Below, in pieces: positions 48,855 to 60,403 of a DNA stretch of 64,000 nt (its first letter is position 1; every line of letters begins with the position of its first letter). Both the position numbers and the translations under genes were made by a program. The stretch is taken from contig OZ025692.1 of NCBI GenBank assembly GCA_964019335.1, positions 434,001 to 498,000 on the forward strand. Reading direction: 5' to 3'. The notes below the pieces were generated by a model that worked only from the letters and a program-made list of their open reading frames with translations, was not told the DNA's origin and searched no databases. Source of the stretch: Diplonema japonicum (Eukaryota; Protista; Euglenozoa: Diplonemea).

Positions 48855-50013
48855 GTTTATTTTATTTTTCTCCATTATTTCTCCCTTTTTTTTTGTTTTT
48901 GGCGTTGTCATTGAGGGGTGGGGGGGGTTTTTTTTTTCGTTCTGGCTGCGCGCACATCGATACAAAAAGAAATAGAAAGAAAAAAAGGGGAGGGGGGGGA
49001 CGAGGGGAGTGAAAGCACCTAAAAACACAATAAAATTCTTACTAACAAATCTTCGCACGTAGAAAAGAAGAAGAGGCAGGGTACTCCACTACTCCCCTTT
49101 TTTTGTTGCTGATCCGGACTGGGGGAGGAATTGAATTACTGGCCCCCTACGTAAGAAAGAGTAGGGCATGTGAGAACCATATTAAGGGACATGCATGACA
49201 TTGTGGATAAATAATAAGAGAAGAGAAGAGAAGAGAAGGAGAATGGAAGGAAGAAGAAGGAGAGGGGGGGGAAAGAACGATAGTCTAGTATCTAGTGTGT
49301 CTTTCTATTTTCTCTTTCTCCCCCCCCCTTTTTTTTTCTTTTTTAAGTTACACCCTGCATCGTAAGGCTTAATTTTTACAATGGATTTGAAAGTATCGCA
49401 TTCTTGTTCAAAGGGAGGTGACAAGGGGAAATATATAGTGAAGGGGAGAGGGGGGGAAAAAAATATTTAAAAATGCTGATACAAGTGAGTTAATTCAAAA
49501 GAAGAAGAAATTTATGTAGCTTCGAACCAACGAAGGTTCGCCGGCCACCAGGATCAGACAGGGAAAAATCAAACTAATGTGACCGAGGTCTTAGGACCCC
49601 GCTCCTCCCTTTTAGCCCAACGAGACAAACACACAAGGCTAGCTTCACAGTTTATTTTTGTTTTTGTTTTTGTTTTTTTTATACAGAAGAAAAGAAAAAA
49701 GAATTCCCCCACTACTTTATTTCTTTCTTTTTTTTCTTCCTCACCCCCATATAGTCACCACCCAAGCAAAGCACGCAAACGTGGTTTGCGTCTTTTTCTT
49801 TTTTTTTTTTTTCTCTCTCATTTTTGCTTCCCCTTTTTATTCTACAAATAGGTAGGAAGGGGGGGGAGTCAGAACGAAAAATCAAATCAAAACCTTTTTT
49901 TTTCTTAACTAAAACTACAATAAGAAAGGGGGCTGAAAAAGGGGGGAAACAGTGAAATGAAGAGGGGGGGGGGGGGGGGGGAATCACACAAAAGATGATT
50001 GCCGCACGCCGTA

Positions 50014-52653
50014 CTAACGGTAGCCGTTGTAGGGCAGCAGGGGACTGCTGTGGTTGGCGTGCTCTGTGAAGGACCCGTTCGTCGAGTTCGTGAATGAAGT
50101 GGAATCTTGAGGCGGGCGTCGTGTGGAGGGGAAGCCTTGCGAGTCCTGCGACAACCTCCTCCCTAGGACCTGTTTGAAGTCTCTACGCACGTTCCCTGGA
50201 GACAGCTCACACTGTGCGCAAAGCGGCTGGTGCTTGGTAGGCTTGAGCCCCGTGCAGTTCGGGCACATGTGGTGGTAGCAATATGATCCCTCTGCTTCTC
50301 GAGTAGCAGTGCACCCCAGCGACTTGCACTGGTTCTCATGCACCGTGTATGAGCCCTGCCTCTTCGGCTTCGCTTTCTTCGGTGTGGCCACATCACCGTC
50401 CTCGCTGTCAGGCCAGTACTCCTTCAGGACAGGTTCTGTGCCCCGCCGCCTTGTAAGGTATGGGTTGGTTTTGTCATTCCGTCCTGCCTTTGGAGAGGCT
50501 TGTCGGACCGAGATGGGCATGTGCATAGGTGGCGGCGGTGGGGGTGGTGGGATATCCCCCGTCTGCGTGGCAATGGACACCATAGGCGGGGGCGCCTCAC
50601 GTGTGTTGTTGCTGCTGTTGTCTTGTTGTTGGTGTCCTGCTTTGTCAAGCTTGACGCCCACCCTGTACATCGTGGTCTGCATGTGATCAATCTTTGCTGA
50701 CAAACTGTTCACAGACCGCGCCACGTTCTTCCCGCCATCTGGGTCGCGTGTTCTCAGCTTTCCTCTCATGAACAACTTCAGAGCTAGCTCGGCATCTATG
50801 TACTCCCTCGAGGTGTCCAGCCACTCGCGCAGCGTGATGGTCATCATCTTTTTTTTGGTGTCTTCTTCGTTGTTCTTCTTCGCACCCGACATCTTCAGCA
50901 AGAGCAGCAGCACGCCCAGACGCTTCTCGCAGTAGTCGTGGTTGCGCATCTTGCAGAAGGGCACCGGCAGGCGGTCGACGTAGTTGATGAAATCCTTCTT
51001 CAACTGTCTGGGGGACCAGCCTTCTACCTGCGTCTTGTTGTTCTCCTGCACAGAGACGAAGGCGCCTGTGATAATAGCGAGAACCATGTTCAAGATGATC
51101 ATCCATGTGATGATCATGAAAGTCGCCATGTAGAAGCCTGTCCAGTTAGGGTGGATCGCCTTCAGCTCGTCGTAGTACTGGTCCACCTCTGCGGAGATCA
51201 GCAGCCGCAGCAGGTACGCCATTGCAATCCACCATGAAGAGAAGTTCTGGTGGTCCACGCCGTAGAGGGCAGAGCCTCCTATCCCGTACCCCACGAGCAC
51301 AATGATCAAGATCATGAGCATAGCTATCAGGTCTGCCTTTGCCTTGTACAGCGTCTCCGAGAGCACTCCTAGCCTGCCGTTGTACTGCAGGAACCTGAAC
51401 AGCCTGACCCAAGCGAAGACTACAGCAATGCCGACGTAAGTGTTTGCTCTCTCGTATCTGAACCCATAGTTGAAGAGCAGTGTGTACATCTCCTTGTCGT
51501 CTGCAGGCGGCTGCCCGTCGTGCAAATCTGGCCCGTCACGCCACAGCACCATCCTGTAGTAACAGGCGTGGATCAGGATAACTATGAACATCACGTCGTA
51601 CGCATCGTACAGCCCCAGCCACACAGCGTAGTTCATCTGCCGCCGCCTGTAGATGGTAACGATGAGCCCTATGGCGAGCTGTGCGGTCAGCAGCACCATG
51701 ATAACGTCTGCCACGAAGAGGTACCGAAAGTCGTGGGACGTCATGTGCAGTATCTCAAAGGGGTATGCCTTGAGGTTGGCGACGACGGAGCCTGTCGCGA
51801 AGAACTCAATGTAGAAGTGGTTGAGGGCAAAGGCGTCGATGCTGGGGTTGAAGGTCAGCACGTCGATGATCACGCAGCGTGTGGCAGAGTCGATCCAGTT
51901 GTTCAGCTTCAGGAAACTGACATTTGACGATGCGTCTGCCTGCGACTGGCTGAGGGGGAAGGTGATGGTGAAGGCGTCCTCCGACGATGGGTACGTGTGG
52001 AACATGGTGTTCACCGACAGCACGTCGAGCTCAGACCCGTGCACCCAGTTGGGGGCACCGTACGCGTCTTTGCTCATCATGTCGATGTCCCACTCGCCGT
52101 AGCATTCATCGGGGAAGGAGAGGTGCATAGTGCCTTGGATGATGGAGGGCACCACGCACGCACCTGGTTTAACCCGGAACTGCCGCAGCAGGAGGTAGCC
52201 AATAGGGAAGTTTTGATTTTTCGACATGCGGGAGTTGCCATGTCCGTTGTCAAGGCTGAAGACAGCGACAGCTAACTCGGAGTACCAGTCCCAGAAGGTG
52301 TCGACGTCGGAGACGTTCAGGAACTGGTTTGTAAACAGCTCCCTGCGGTTTGCGCTCTCCAGGTGGTAGAGCTCGTTGTACCGCTCGTTCGACAAGCGCG
52401 ACATCCACGGGATGCTGGTGATGGTCGCCAGCAGGAACAGGTACAGCGGCAACACGCGATACGCCCTTGCCTTCTCAATGTCGAACCTCAGTACCCCTAT
52501 CTGGGGCCACAGCCCTACCTCATCGTCAAGGTACAACCCAAGCGCCTCCACCTTGGGCATGATGCCCGCGTGCTCGTTCTCATCTTGCCCCTCGTCCAAA
52601 GGGGTCAACTCGATATCTTTCCCGAAGTCCTGAGAGCTGTCTAAGTGTAACAT
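50014..52653 (-). CDS. Polycystin-2 (TRPP/PKD2-like) cation channel, 879 aa
   Basis: Polycystin (TOP) domain motifs LRQFRV and NNWIDSATRCVIIDVLTFNP, six TM segments, S6 MILNMVLAIITGAF, coiled coil, C-terminal Cys/His cluster. Confidence 0.9.
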   Translation of the reverse strand: MLHLDSSQDFGKDIELTPLDEGQDENEHAGIMPKVEALGLYLDDEVGLWPQIGVLRFDIEKARAYRVLPLYLFLLATITSIPWMSRLSNERYNELYHLESANRRELFTNQFLNVSDVDTFWDWYSELAVAVFSLDNGHGNSRMSKNQNFPIGYLLLRQFRVKPGACVVPSIIQGTMHLSFPDECYGEWDIDMMSKDAYGAPNWVHGSELDVLSVNTMFHTYPSSEDAFTITFPLSQSQADASSNVSFLKLNNWIDSATRCVIIDVLTFNPSIDAFALNHFYIEFFATGSVVANLKAYPFEILHMTSHDFRYLFVADVIMVLLTAQLAIGLIVTIYRRRQMNYAVWLGLYDAYDVMFIVILIHACYYRMVLWRDGPDLHDGQPPADDKEMYTLLFNYGFRYERANTYVGIAVVFAWVRLFRFLQYNGRLGVLSETLYKAKADLIAMLMILIIVLVGYGIGGSALYGVDHQNFSSWWIAMAYLLRLLISAEVDQYYDELKAIHPNWTGFYMATFMIITWMIILNMVLAIITGAFVSVQENNKTQVEGWSPRQLKKDFINYVDRLPVPFCKMRNHDYCEKRLGVLLLLLKMSGAKKNNEEDTKKKMMTITLREWLDTSREYIDAELALKLFMRGKLRTRDPDGGKNVARSVNSLSAKIDHMQTTMYRVGVKLDKAGHQQQDNSSNNTREAPPPMVSIATQTGDIPPPPPPPPMHMPISVRQASPKAGRNDKTNPYLTRRRGTEPVLKEYWPDSEDGDVATPKKAKPKRQGSYTVHENQCKSLGCTATREAEGSYCYHHMCPNCTGLKPTKHQPLCAQCELSPGNVRRDFKQVLGRRLSQDSQGFPSTRRPPQDSTSFTNSTNGSFTEHANHSSPLLPYNGYR

Positions 52654-53307
52654 CGCATTTCAGTAAAGGGTGCTAGGTACCCTTCCTTCCTGTGTTCGGT
52701 GTGCTATTTTCGTTGGGAAAGAAATGCTGCCGGTAATAGCAACAAGCAAATAAAAAAGAAGGGGAAAAAAACAGAATAAAAAAGATAAAAAAAAAAGAAG
52801 AAGAAAAACAAAACCCCTCCAACTGTTATGCAAGCACGGCATACTCTTGCGGGACAGTAAAGGTGGGGTGTGTTGACCGTGCTCATCTCGCTCCTGTCTA
52901 CTCCAGGTGCTGACCTCTTCAGCGTGAGGTACTCCTCAATGCAGGTTGGAGAGTACCGTTCCCGCCCACTATCCTCGCAATTGCACTGTAGACAAGACTA
53001 AGGTCCCTGTGGCTCCTGCGAGGAAAAAGAAAAAGAAAAATAGAAAACGAAGAAGACGAAGGAGAAGGGATAAGAGGAGAATTTTTGAAGGAGATTGTCA
53101 GCGACTGAAGGTGGCGTTATAAGCGCAACCCCATCACTTGCCCAATTGATCACGGGGGCACACCCACCTAGATACTGATGCCTCGCGAGAAAGGGAAAAA
53201 GAAACAACTGAAAAGTGAAAGAAACAACAAAAAAAAAGAAAAAAAAACACAACAACATGAACAGTGTTTCTTTATCTTTCCTATATATTATTCCACAAAG
53301 TCAGTAG

Positions 53308-54984
53308 CTAAGCTGTACTATCCACGAAGCCCTTGCTGGCAGACAAGTCATGTGAGTGGAGGTCACTCCACGCACTGCAGTCTTGTATCGTAACCACAGA
53401 AGGCACTGTTCCGGCAAACACGAAGCGCAGACGACAGTGCGAGAGAGGTACAGGACAGGGCATTGATGCAATCAGGTTCTCTGCCGCACCCACCTGATGA
53501 CGACCTGTGTTGTTTGCGTTGTGAAACCTCCATCATACCGGGGGTGGCTCCACCGTGGTCTTCCCCTTCCCTTTCATCTTCGCATGTCCCTTCAGCACCA
53601 ATGGCTCTGATGACGACTCGGGGATTTGGTAAAGTGGTTCTTCTTCAGGTTCGGGCTCTGGCTCCGGCTCCGGCTCTGGCTCTGGTTTTGGCAGTGCTGG
53701 TAGAGGCTCCTCAGACTGCTCGGGATCCTTCTGGAAGTCCAGGTGCACCCATGCAGGGGGCCTTTCATCGAGCGTCTCGTCCACATGCATGTGCTGCTCG
53801 TGCGTGTAGCGGATGAGGTAGTTGATGGCGTCGATGATGCCTGCGATGCCTTCGTACGCCTCGCTGCTGACAGGCGGTTTGGGAGGCGTGCGCATCACCA
53901 CTGGCGGCGGCGGTGGCGACGGCTCCTGCCTCCTCCTCACCTTCCGCACAGGCTTCCCCCCAAGTACGATTTTCTCCCTCCGCGTCTGCTCCTCTTCCTT
54001 TGGTTCTGTCCGGAGAACAAGCGGCTGGAAGTCGTCCTCCATAGGCCAGCCTGTGATGGGCTCGTCACGTGTGAAGAGAGCGTCTTTGTCCACCTTCTCC
54101 CTTTCTTTCTCTCTCCTGCTGCTCTTCACTTGGTGCTCCTGAAGAATAGGGGCCGCGTACGGGGTCGCAGCGGTGCCGTTGGTGCGAAGACGGTGCCCGG
54201 CACCGGAGTTCCAAGGGGCGGGGTTGGCAGCTGGGGCCACTGGCTGTGGCTTGGCGACGATTCGGCGGCGGGAGGAGCTGAGAGAGCGTGTCGCGGCAGG
54301 GGGTTGTGTGTGGTGTTGCGAGGGGGCACTACTGCTGCGGCGGTAGGCAGTTGAGGGTTGAGTCACAGTAGCTGCAAAGTGCGGGCGGTGCTCATCCCGT
54401 GATGGCTCTGCCTGTGCCTGTGGCTGTGGCTGTGGCTGTGCCTGTGGCTGTGGCTGTGGCTGTGGCTGTGGCTGTGGCTGTGGCTGTGCCTGTGCCTGTG
54501 GCTGTGGCTGTGGCTGTGCCTGTGGCTGTGGCTGTGGCTGTGGCTGTGGCTGTGGCTGTGGCTGTGCCTGTGGCTGTGGCTGCAGTCGAGGCTGGGACTC
54601 CACCGCCGCCGCTTTCGTGAAGGCGGCTTGATCTGGAAGCTCAACTTCTCGCTCTACCAACTCAATTCTCTCTCTTCTCTGCTCGGGGGACGCGTTCCTG
54701 AGGGACATGGGGTACCGCCTCTGCAGCGCAAGGGACAGATCCCTTCTTTTAGTGACACGCTTCACAGGACCGTACCCATTGCGCTCGTCTTCCTCGACAG
54801 TGAGCGACAGGGAGCGGAAGCCGCTACCCGTCTGCGCCATTTGATCATCACTGGGGGGGACCTCTTGCTTGGCCCACTTCATAGCCCACTCTCCCGTCCC
54901 CACCTTTCTCGGTTTATTCGAGGTGTACCCCATTGCCGCCAGTGCCTTCATGCTCCCTTGCGCATCTTGCTCGGTGTCCCCCAT
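53308..54984 (-). CDS. Hypothetical disordered protein with PQ and PE dipeptide repeats; main exon 54984-53539 plus a probable 3' exon (53493-53308, or a short alternative from 53504)
   Basis: Long ORF from MGDTEQ ends at CCG|GTATGA (donor 53538). Two candidate acceptors: ACACAG at 53505 and CATCAG at 53494. Confidence 0.65.
54411..54582. repeat. (TGGCTG/TGCCTG)n hexamer microsatellite encoding (QP/QA)n
   Basis: About 28 direct hexamer units inside the ORF. Confidence 0.95.
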
Positions 54985-55562
54985 GAATGCACTGGAGGGA
55001 AGGGTTGTTTGCACAAAACAACAAATGTAATAAAACAATAAAACAAAAAGAAAAAACTCTCATCACAAGGTGTGAGGGGATAGAGAATTGAACAGTAAAG
55101 AAGAAGAATGTGAGGGGAGGGGTTATGGGGAAAAGGGAGAAGGGGAGGTTTTTTTTTAAAAAGGGATTCCTTGTTAATGGGGTGGGTGGATAGAGAAGTG
55201 GGAAGGGGTCGAAAATAAGAAAAGGGGGGGGATAAAATAAAAGCACACTGTAAAAAATACCCTTCCCTCCCTTCCCTTCCCCCCCTCCCACCCGCCCCTT
55301 TGTTATGTAAATACCGGTTATTACTGTACTATGTGTAAAAACAAACAAAAAAAGATCTTTAAAATTTAATTCGCCCCCACTTCCCATATCCATGAAAATA
55401 ACCTCTAAGGGGAACAAACCCCCCTGCTTATTTTGCCTCTTTTTTTTCTTCTTCGTCGTTTTTCTTTACCACACTTTGGTCTCTATTTGAAATAAAATTT
55501 AAAAAAAAAAAAAAGGAAATCTATGGAAGAAGAAAAAAATAGCTCGCCCCCTCCCCCATCGC

Positions 55563-56805
55563 CTAACGGTAAAATTCAAAATCGTCCGTCTTTCTCTTCA
55601 CGTGGCGCTGGTAGGCCTTTTCGAAGTCCCGTGCGAGAATAACGTATCTGTTCTTGCGCACAGCTTGCATGCCTGCTTCCTGGCAAATGGCGTGGATCAT
55701 CGCACCCGCCAGCTTGTCAGGGCGTGTAACGAAGTCTTCAAGGTCCACCTCGTCAGCAAGAGACATCTTACCAGTGCACACCTTTTTTTTTTTTTTTTTT
55801 TTTTTTTCTTTTCTTGATATAAAGTAATACCTGGAAAATCAGTCGCTTTGACCTTCTGTCTGGGAGAGGGAACTCAATCTTTCTGTCCAGCCTTCCGGGT
55901 CTCATGAGGGCGGGGTCGAGGGTGTCCCACCTGTTGGTTGCCATGATGACCTTGACGTTCTCCGTCTGGTCGAACCCGTCCATCTGGTTGAGCAGCTCCA
56001 GCAAGATACGCTGCACCTCACGGTCGGCACCGGTCTGCGCGTCGAAACGTTTTGTAGCAATGGAATCGACCTCATCGATGAAGACAATGGACGGTGCGTT
56101 CTCCTTCGCCAGACGGAACACGTCCCTCACCATACGCGGGCCCTCCCCTAAGTACTTCTGGACGAACTCTGACCCGACAACACGGACAAACGCAGCATTG
56201 GTGTGATGAGCAACTGCCTTAGCAAGCATGGTCTTACCGGTACCGGGTGGGCCGTACATGAGCACGCCCCTTGGGGGGTCGATACCAATCTGGCGGTACA
56301 GCTCACCGTGGGTTAGAGGGAGTTCAACAGCCTCTCGCATCTCTTGCTTCTGGATGTCGAGCCCACCTATGTCAGCGTATGTCACGTCTGGCTTGTCGCC
56401 AGCAGCGAGCAATGAGATGGACGCGTCTGACTCAGATGGGAGGATGGCAACACATGCGTTGCTCTGTTTGTGAAGCCCAATACTGCTGTTTGGCTTTAAC
56501 TGTTCTCTGTCCAATGTGGAGAGAACCCTGACATAGTAGTTGGGGCCGTTTGTGCTGCCCACGATGCCCCTTTGCTGGTCGATCATCTCGACGAACTGCC
56601 CCACGACAAGGGGGACGGACTGTATCTTCTTCACCTCTTGCTTGGCTGCGAGCTCTTCTTTCATCAGTTGCTTCGTCTCTATCTTGCAGATCAACGTCTT
56701 TAAATCGATTGTGGCTTGATTTTTAACTAACTTCATGTAATCAGTATAACACCCTTCCCTCGACACCATCGGTATCCTGTCCTTGTCCCCCTCGTCGCCT
56801 GACAT
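55563..56805 (-). CDS. RPT3: 26S proteasome AAA-ATPase subunit RPT3 (PSMC4), ~397 aa; exons 56805-55831 and 55781-55563
   Basis: [19 protein letters not shown] (Walker A), IVFIDEVD (Walker B), [16 protein letters not shown]-terminal HbYX motif (EFYR). Confidence 0.95.
55782..55830 (-). other. Predicted 49-nt A-rich intron in RPT3
   Basis: CAG|GTATTAC...(A)n AG|GTG restores the conserved [13 protein letters not shown] continuity. Confidence 0.9.
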
Positions 56806-58136
56806 CTTTGTCCCGAACCCTGTCGTTGTGTTGTGATGAGGGGAACGGGTGAAGGGGGAAACAAAACAAAAGGTTGTGAAACGCAAGTTTTTTTTTTGGG
56901 GGGGAAGGGGTCCATTTTCTTTCCCCCTTCCTCACCTTTTGTTCAGAATTTTGATTAAGTTTTTAATTGACGGTTTCTCTCTCTCTCTCTCTCTTCTCCC
57001 CTTATTAGTTGTCTGTTTCCTTTCCCCTCCCATCCTTTAAAAAGAAAAGAAAAAATTCAAGGGGGGACGCTTTCAACGAAAGTTGTAAGGAAGCATTTTT
57101 TTATTATTATTTTTCCACCACAGTGAAGTACGATTTAGAGGTGTGTAGTGTTTTCTTAGGTTACCACCACTTCGGTAGGAGGCAAACATCGTTGATGGGA
57201 TGCTAAAGCGCTAATACGCAACTCTGCTTACATTACTTCTTTTTTTTTTATTTTATTTTTTTTCTCGTTCAGTGTCCTCTCCCCCCCCCCCCTTTTTATA
57301 CGTACACAGTTTCCCTCATCCCCCTTTTTGTTCCTTCCTTTTTCCCCCCCTGCTTTTTTTCGTGGGGAAAAAAAAGTCCTCAGGAAAAAAAAAGGGGGGG
57401 GAGGAGGGTGAATGGAAAAAAAAACTGAAACGTGTCCCCCCATTGTCTCCCTCGATATTTCTGTTTCTCTTTTGCCCAACATATCACTGCATTAAGATTG
57501 CATTTGAAAAAAGGGGGGAAAAAAAGGGGGGGGGAGGAGAAAAAAAATGGAGGAGGGGAATAAAGCCCCGTGGCAACACCACCTTTCCTCAACTGCTTAA
57601 GTTCAGCGTCGGTAAAAGCGACTGGTCTGAAGCTTTACTTAGCATGGACTGATATTCTTTTTTTTTTTTTTTTTTTTTTTGATTTCTTTTTTTTTTTTTT
57701 TTGATTTCTAGGGGGAAGGGGGGGAAATGATCTTCAGACCAAACCTCCGTTGGGAAGAGGCTTTCTCCTAAAAACAAAAAGAAAAAGGAACAAAAAAAAA
57801 AAATAAACATAAGTTTACAAAAAAAAGAAGAAAAAAAAATGTCAAAAACACAGGGTGAGAAGGAAGACAGTGTGACTTGGCGCCAAGCGTGAAAAGCGGC
57901 CACACACTTACACACCACAGCTTGTCGAACTGCAAACACCACCAGCTGCATAGTCCGACTAGAAGGCAACGGCACGACTCTTGAATCCGCCGACAAAGGG
58001 AAGGAAAGAAGGAACGACAGGGAACAATCAAAAACACCATAATGAGCTCACAACGAGGGACGACAAGATGACACAAGACAGGTTGGCACCACGAGCACGG
58101 TGCACGGGCGGTAAGTCGGCACTGCACTGCTCAGCA

Positions 58137-58231
58137 TTATATGCTCTCAGCGTATGCACAAAGGGTACGGAAGACCGGCAAGCAAATAGCACTCCCTGCG
58201 CTCATCCGTATCGCACAAGGTACAAAACCCT

Positions 58232-58265
<34 letters not shown>

Positions 58266-59112
58266 CCTTCTTTTCTTTTCTTTTCTTTTCTTTTCTTTTC
58301 TTTTCTTTTCTTTTCTTTTCTTTTCTTTTCTTTTCTTTTCTTTTCTTTTCTTTTCTTTTCTCCCATACTTTCCACAATGCGAGGAACCCTTCATCCCGCG
58401 CCACCCTAGTGATGGTCCCCGACACCGAGCTGTAGACGAGAGGCTGGTTCTGCATCCTTGTTTTGGTCATGAAGAAGGGCATCTTGGGAATGGAGGCCAA
58501 GAATCCCATGAGAGAGCCTGACATCACATCCTGCGCGAGCTTCTCAGAAGACGAGGTAGCAGGTGGGAGGTAGTCCTTCTGCATCTTGTGGACGCCGAAG
58601 AAGAAGGTGGAGTTGAAAATGCAGTTCCTGATACACATGGCACGGTAGCCGGAGTACAGTGCGAGGGGGCCTTCCTCCCTCAGAACTGTGGCGAAGCAAT
58701 GAAAGGTGTTCCGGTAGCGGTGCATGTGCATCGCAGACATGAGACGCACTTTGCAAACTTCAAAGGGACACACGAGAGTCGTCTCTGCTATACCGCTGCA
58801 CAGCCCGCTGATAAAAACACCTCTTTCTGATAGGTGGCCACGTTCGTCTTGCAGTGCTTTGCTCACTTGTCTCTCACCCACGTACATTCCTATCGTAGCT
58901 GGTACTGCTGCCAAGACCTGTGGGCCCAGCCCCCTGTACATCGACAACACCCCCCCTTGCCTCCAGATCCCCATGAACTCCTTCAACATGCTCGTTCTCT
59001 CTGTGCCCTCCCTGAGCATGCATCGTGTGGCTACAATGTCTATCGGTTGGCATGAGCAGTACTCGGCCACCCCTGCACACGCCCCTGCCGCGATCTCCTT
59101 AGCCAGATCCAT
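58137..59112 (-). CDS. Mitochondrial carrier (SLC25), oxodicarboxylate-carrier-like, ~278 aa; exons 59112-58369 and 58229-58137
   Basis: Three Solcar repeats (QPIDIVATR, CPFEVCKVR, MPFFMTKTR; G..SMYRG, G..ALYSG, G..ALWK|G). RNCIFN resembles ODC contact point II. Confidence 0.9.
58230..58368 (-). other. Predicted 139-nt all-purine intron containing (AAAAG)~18 and poly-A
   Basis: AAA|GTATGG...AAACAG|GGT restores the carrier motif LWKG; the microsatellite spans 58271-58360. Confidence 0.9.
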
Positions 59113-60226
59113 TGAGAAGCACTAGCCTTGCCTCTCACCTGTGTCGGTTGGCATTGAATTTATATTTTTATTTAAAAAAAAAAAAGAAATGCAGATCTGA
59201 CGCTTTACTCTTCTCGTAAAGGGAAGCAACAAAAGAAGAAAAGTCGGAGGGGGGGGGAGGAAACAGGGGAAGAGAGAGAGAGAGGGAAAGAGAAGAGAGA
59301 GATAAAGAGGGGCTTTTTTTTGTTCTTTTTTTTTCCCCCAGTCCCTTTTACTTTTTTTTTCTCGATCGGAAGGCGTTTGGTATGCGGGGCAAGACACGCC
59401 GTACGGTGCCTCCGCTTGCGCCTGTGGTGACTGTAGAGGTGAGAGGAAATGGTGATTGGTGATTTTTTTTTTCTTTTTGCTTCGCGTTTTCTCTTCTTTA
59501 TATCACCCTCTCCGAAAACTCAATTGTTAATCATCGTTGCCACTTTTTTTTGCCTTCTCTCTTTTTTCTTTTTCTTCTTTTTTTCCCCCCCCCTTCCTTC
59601 TCACCCAATTCATTTCTTTATCCCATATATCTGTTTCCATTTTTTTTTTCTTGCAGACTAAACTAATTACCAAAAGGGGGGGAGAAGAAGAAATAAAAGA
59701 AGCTGAAAAAATAAAATGTAAAAAAAGAGGAAAAAAAATCAAGGTATATGTAGAGGGGAACAGGCTCCCTTTCGCTATTTGTCGAAGGGCACATGGGCAG
59801 GGGACTTTGCGCTTAAAAGTTGCTACCCACTGTCATCTATGAGCTTTTCCCGAACATCGCTGGAAGATGGCAGGTCCAGCAGGTGAGCCCAAGAAAAAGG
59901 GAAAAAAAAGGAAAACAGAACACAGGAGCAACATAAGCAAACTAAGCGGCTGCTGAACAGAGCCGCACACAAAAAAGAAAGGGGGGGGGGGGGGGGGGGG
60001 GTGCGGGCGGTGCATAAAGGGGTTTAAAGGCGCAATACTTTTCGAGGAAAGCACCCAGTTATGGGAATACAAAAAGAGAAAAAAAACCCCCCAAGATCAC
60101 GATCCTTTGGAGAAGAGGGATAATGGGGCAGGGGGGGGAATACAACAAAAAGGGGGGGAATAAAAAAAAAAGGGATGTAGGGGACAATGTTGAAGATCAA
60201 TGGTTGCTTTTACACATAAAATATTT

Positions 60227-60403
60227 AGCTATTTATTACCAACAAATTAAAAGCCATAATTTAACTCGGGTTTCCGAATTTCAAAAAAAAAAGGGGGGGC
60301 GGTAAAGGGGGGGGAGCAAAACGGTAACGAGTTAAAGTATGGCTCATTTGGCGACAAGTAAGTTGTTTTTCTTAGTACACCCTTTCGTCATTTTGCGTCA
60401 CTC
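60227..60403 (-). mobile_element. Diverged, inverted 3'-end fragment of the asymmetric-IR family
   Basis: AGCTATTTATT..CAACAAATTA..CATAATTTAACTCG...GGCTCATTTGGCGACAAGTAAGT...TTCGTCATTT aligns to the reverse complement of 48706-48854. Confidence 0.75.

Noticed and set aside
5811-52653. Giant receptor and PKD2 as a linked PKD1-PKD2 pair
   Set aside because: The giant protein has one TM helix and no recognisable REJ, GPS, PLAT or channel domain; the genes are 25 kb apart across a gap, and neighbours here are functionally unrelated.
52830-53020. Coding-looking island upstream of PKD2
   Set aside because: No convincing start or motif; it may be UTR or an unassigned exon.
53308-53493. Ubiquitin-like motif (RLRFVFAG) in the putative last exon of the PQ protein
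   Set aside because: The similarity is short and the acceptor choice is ambiguous.
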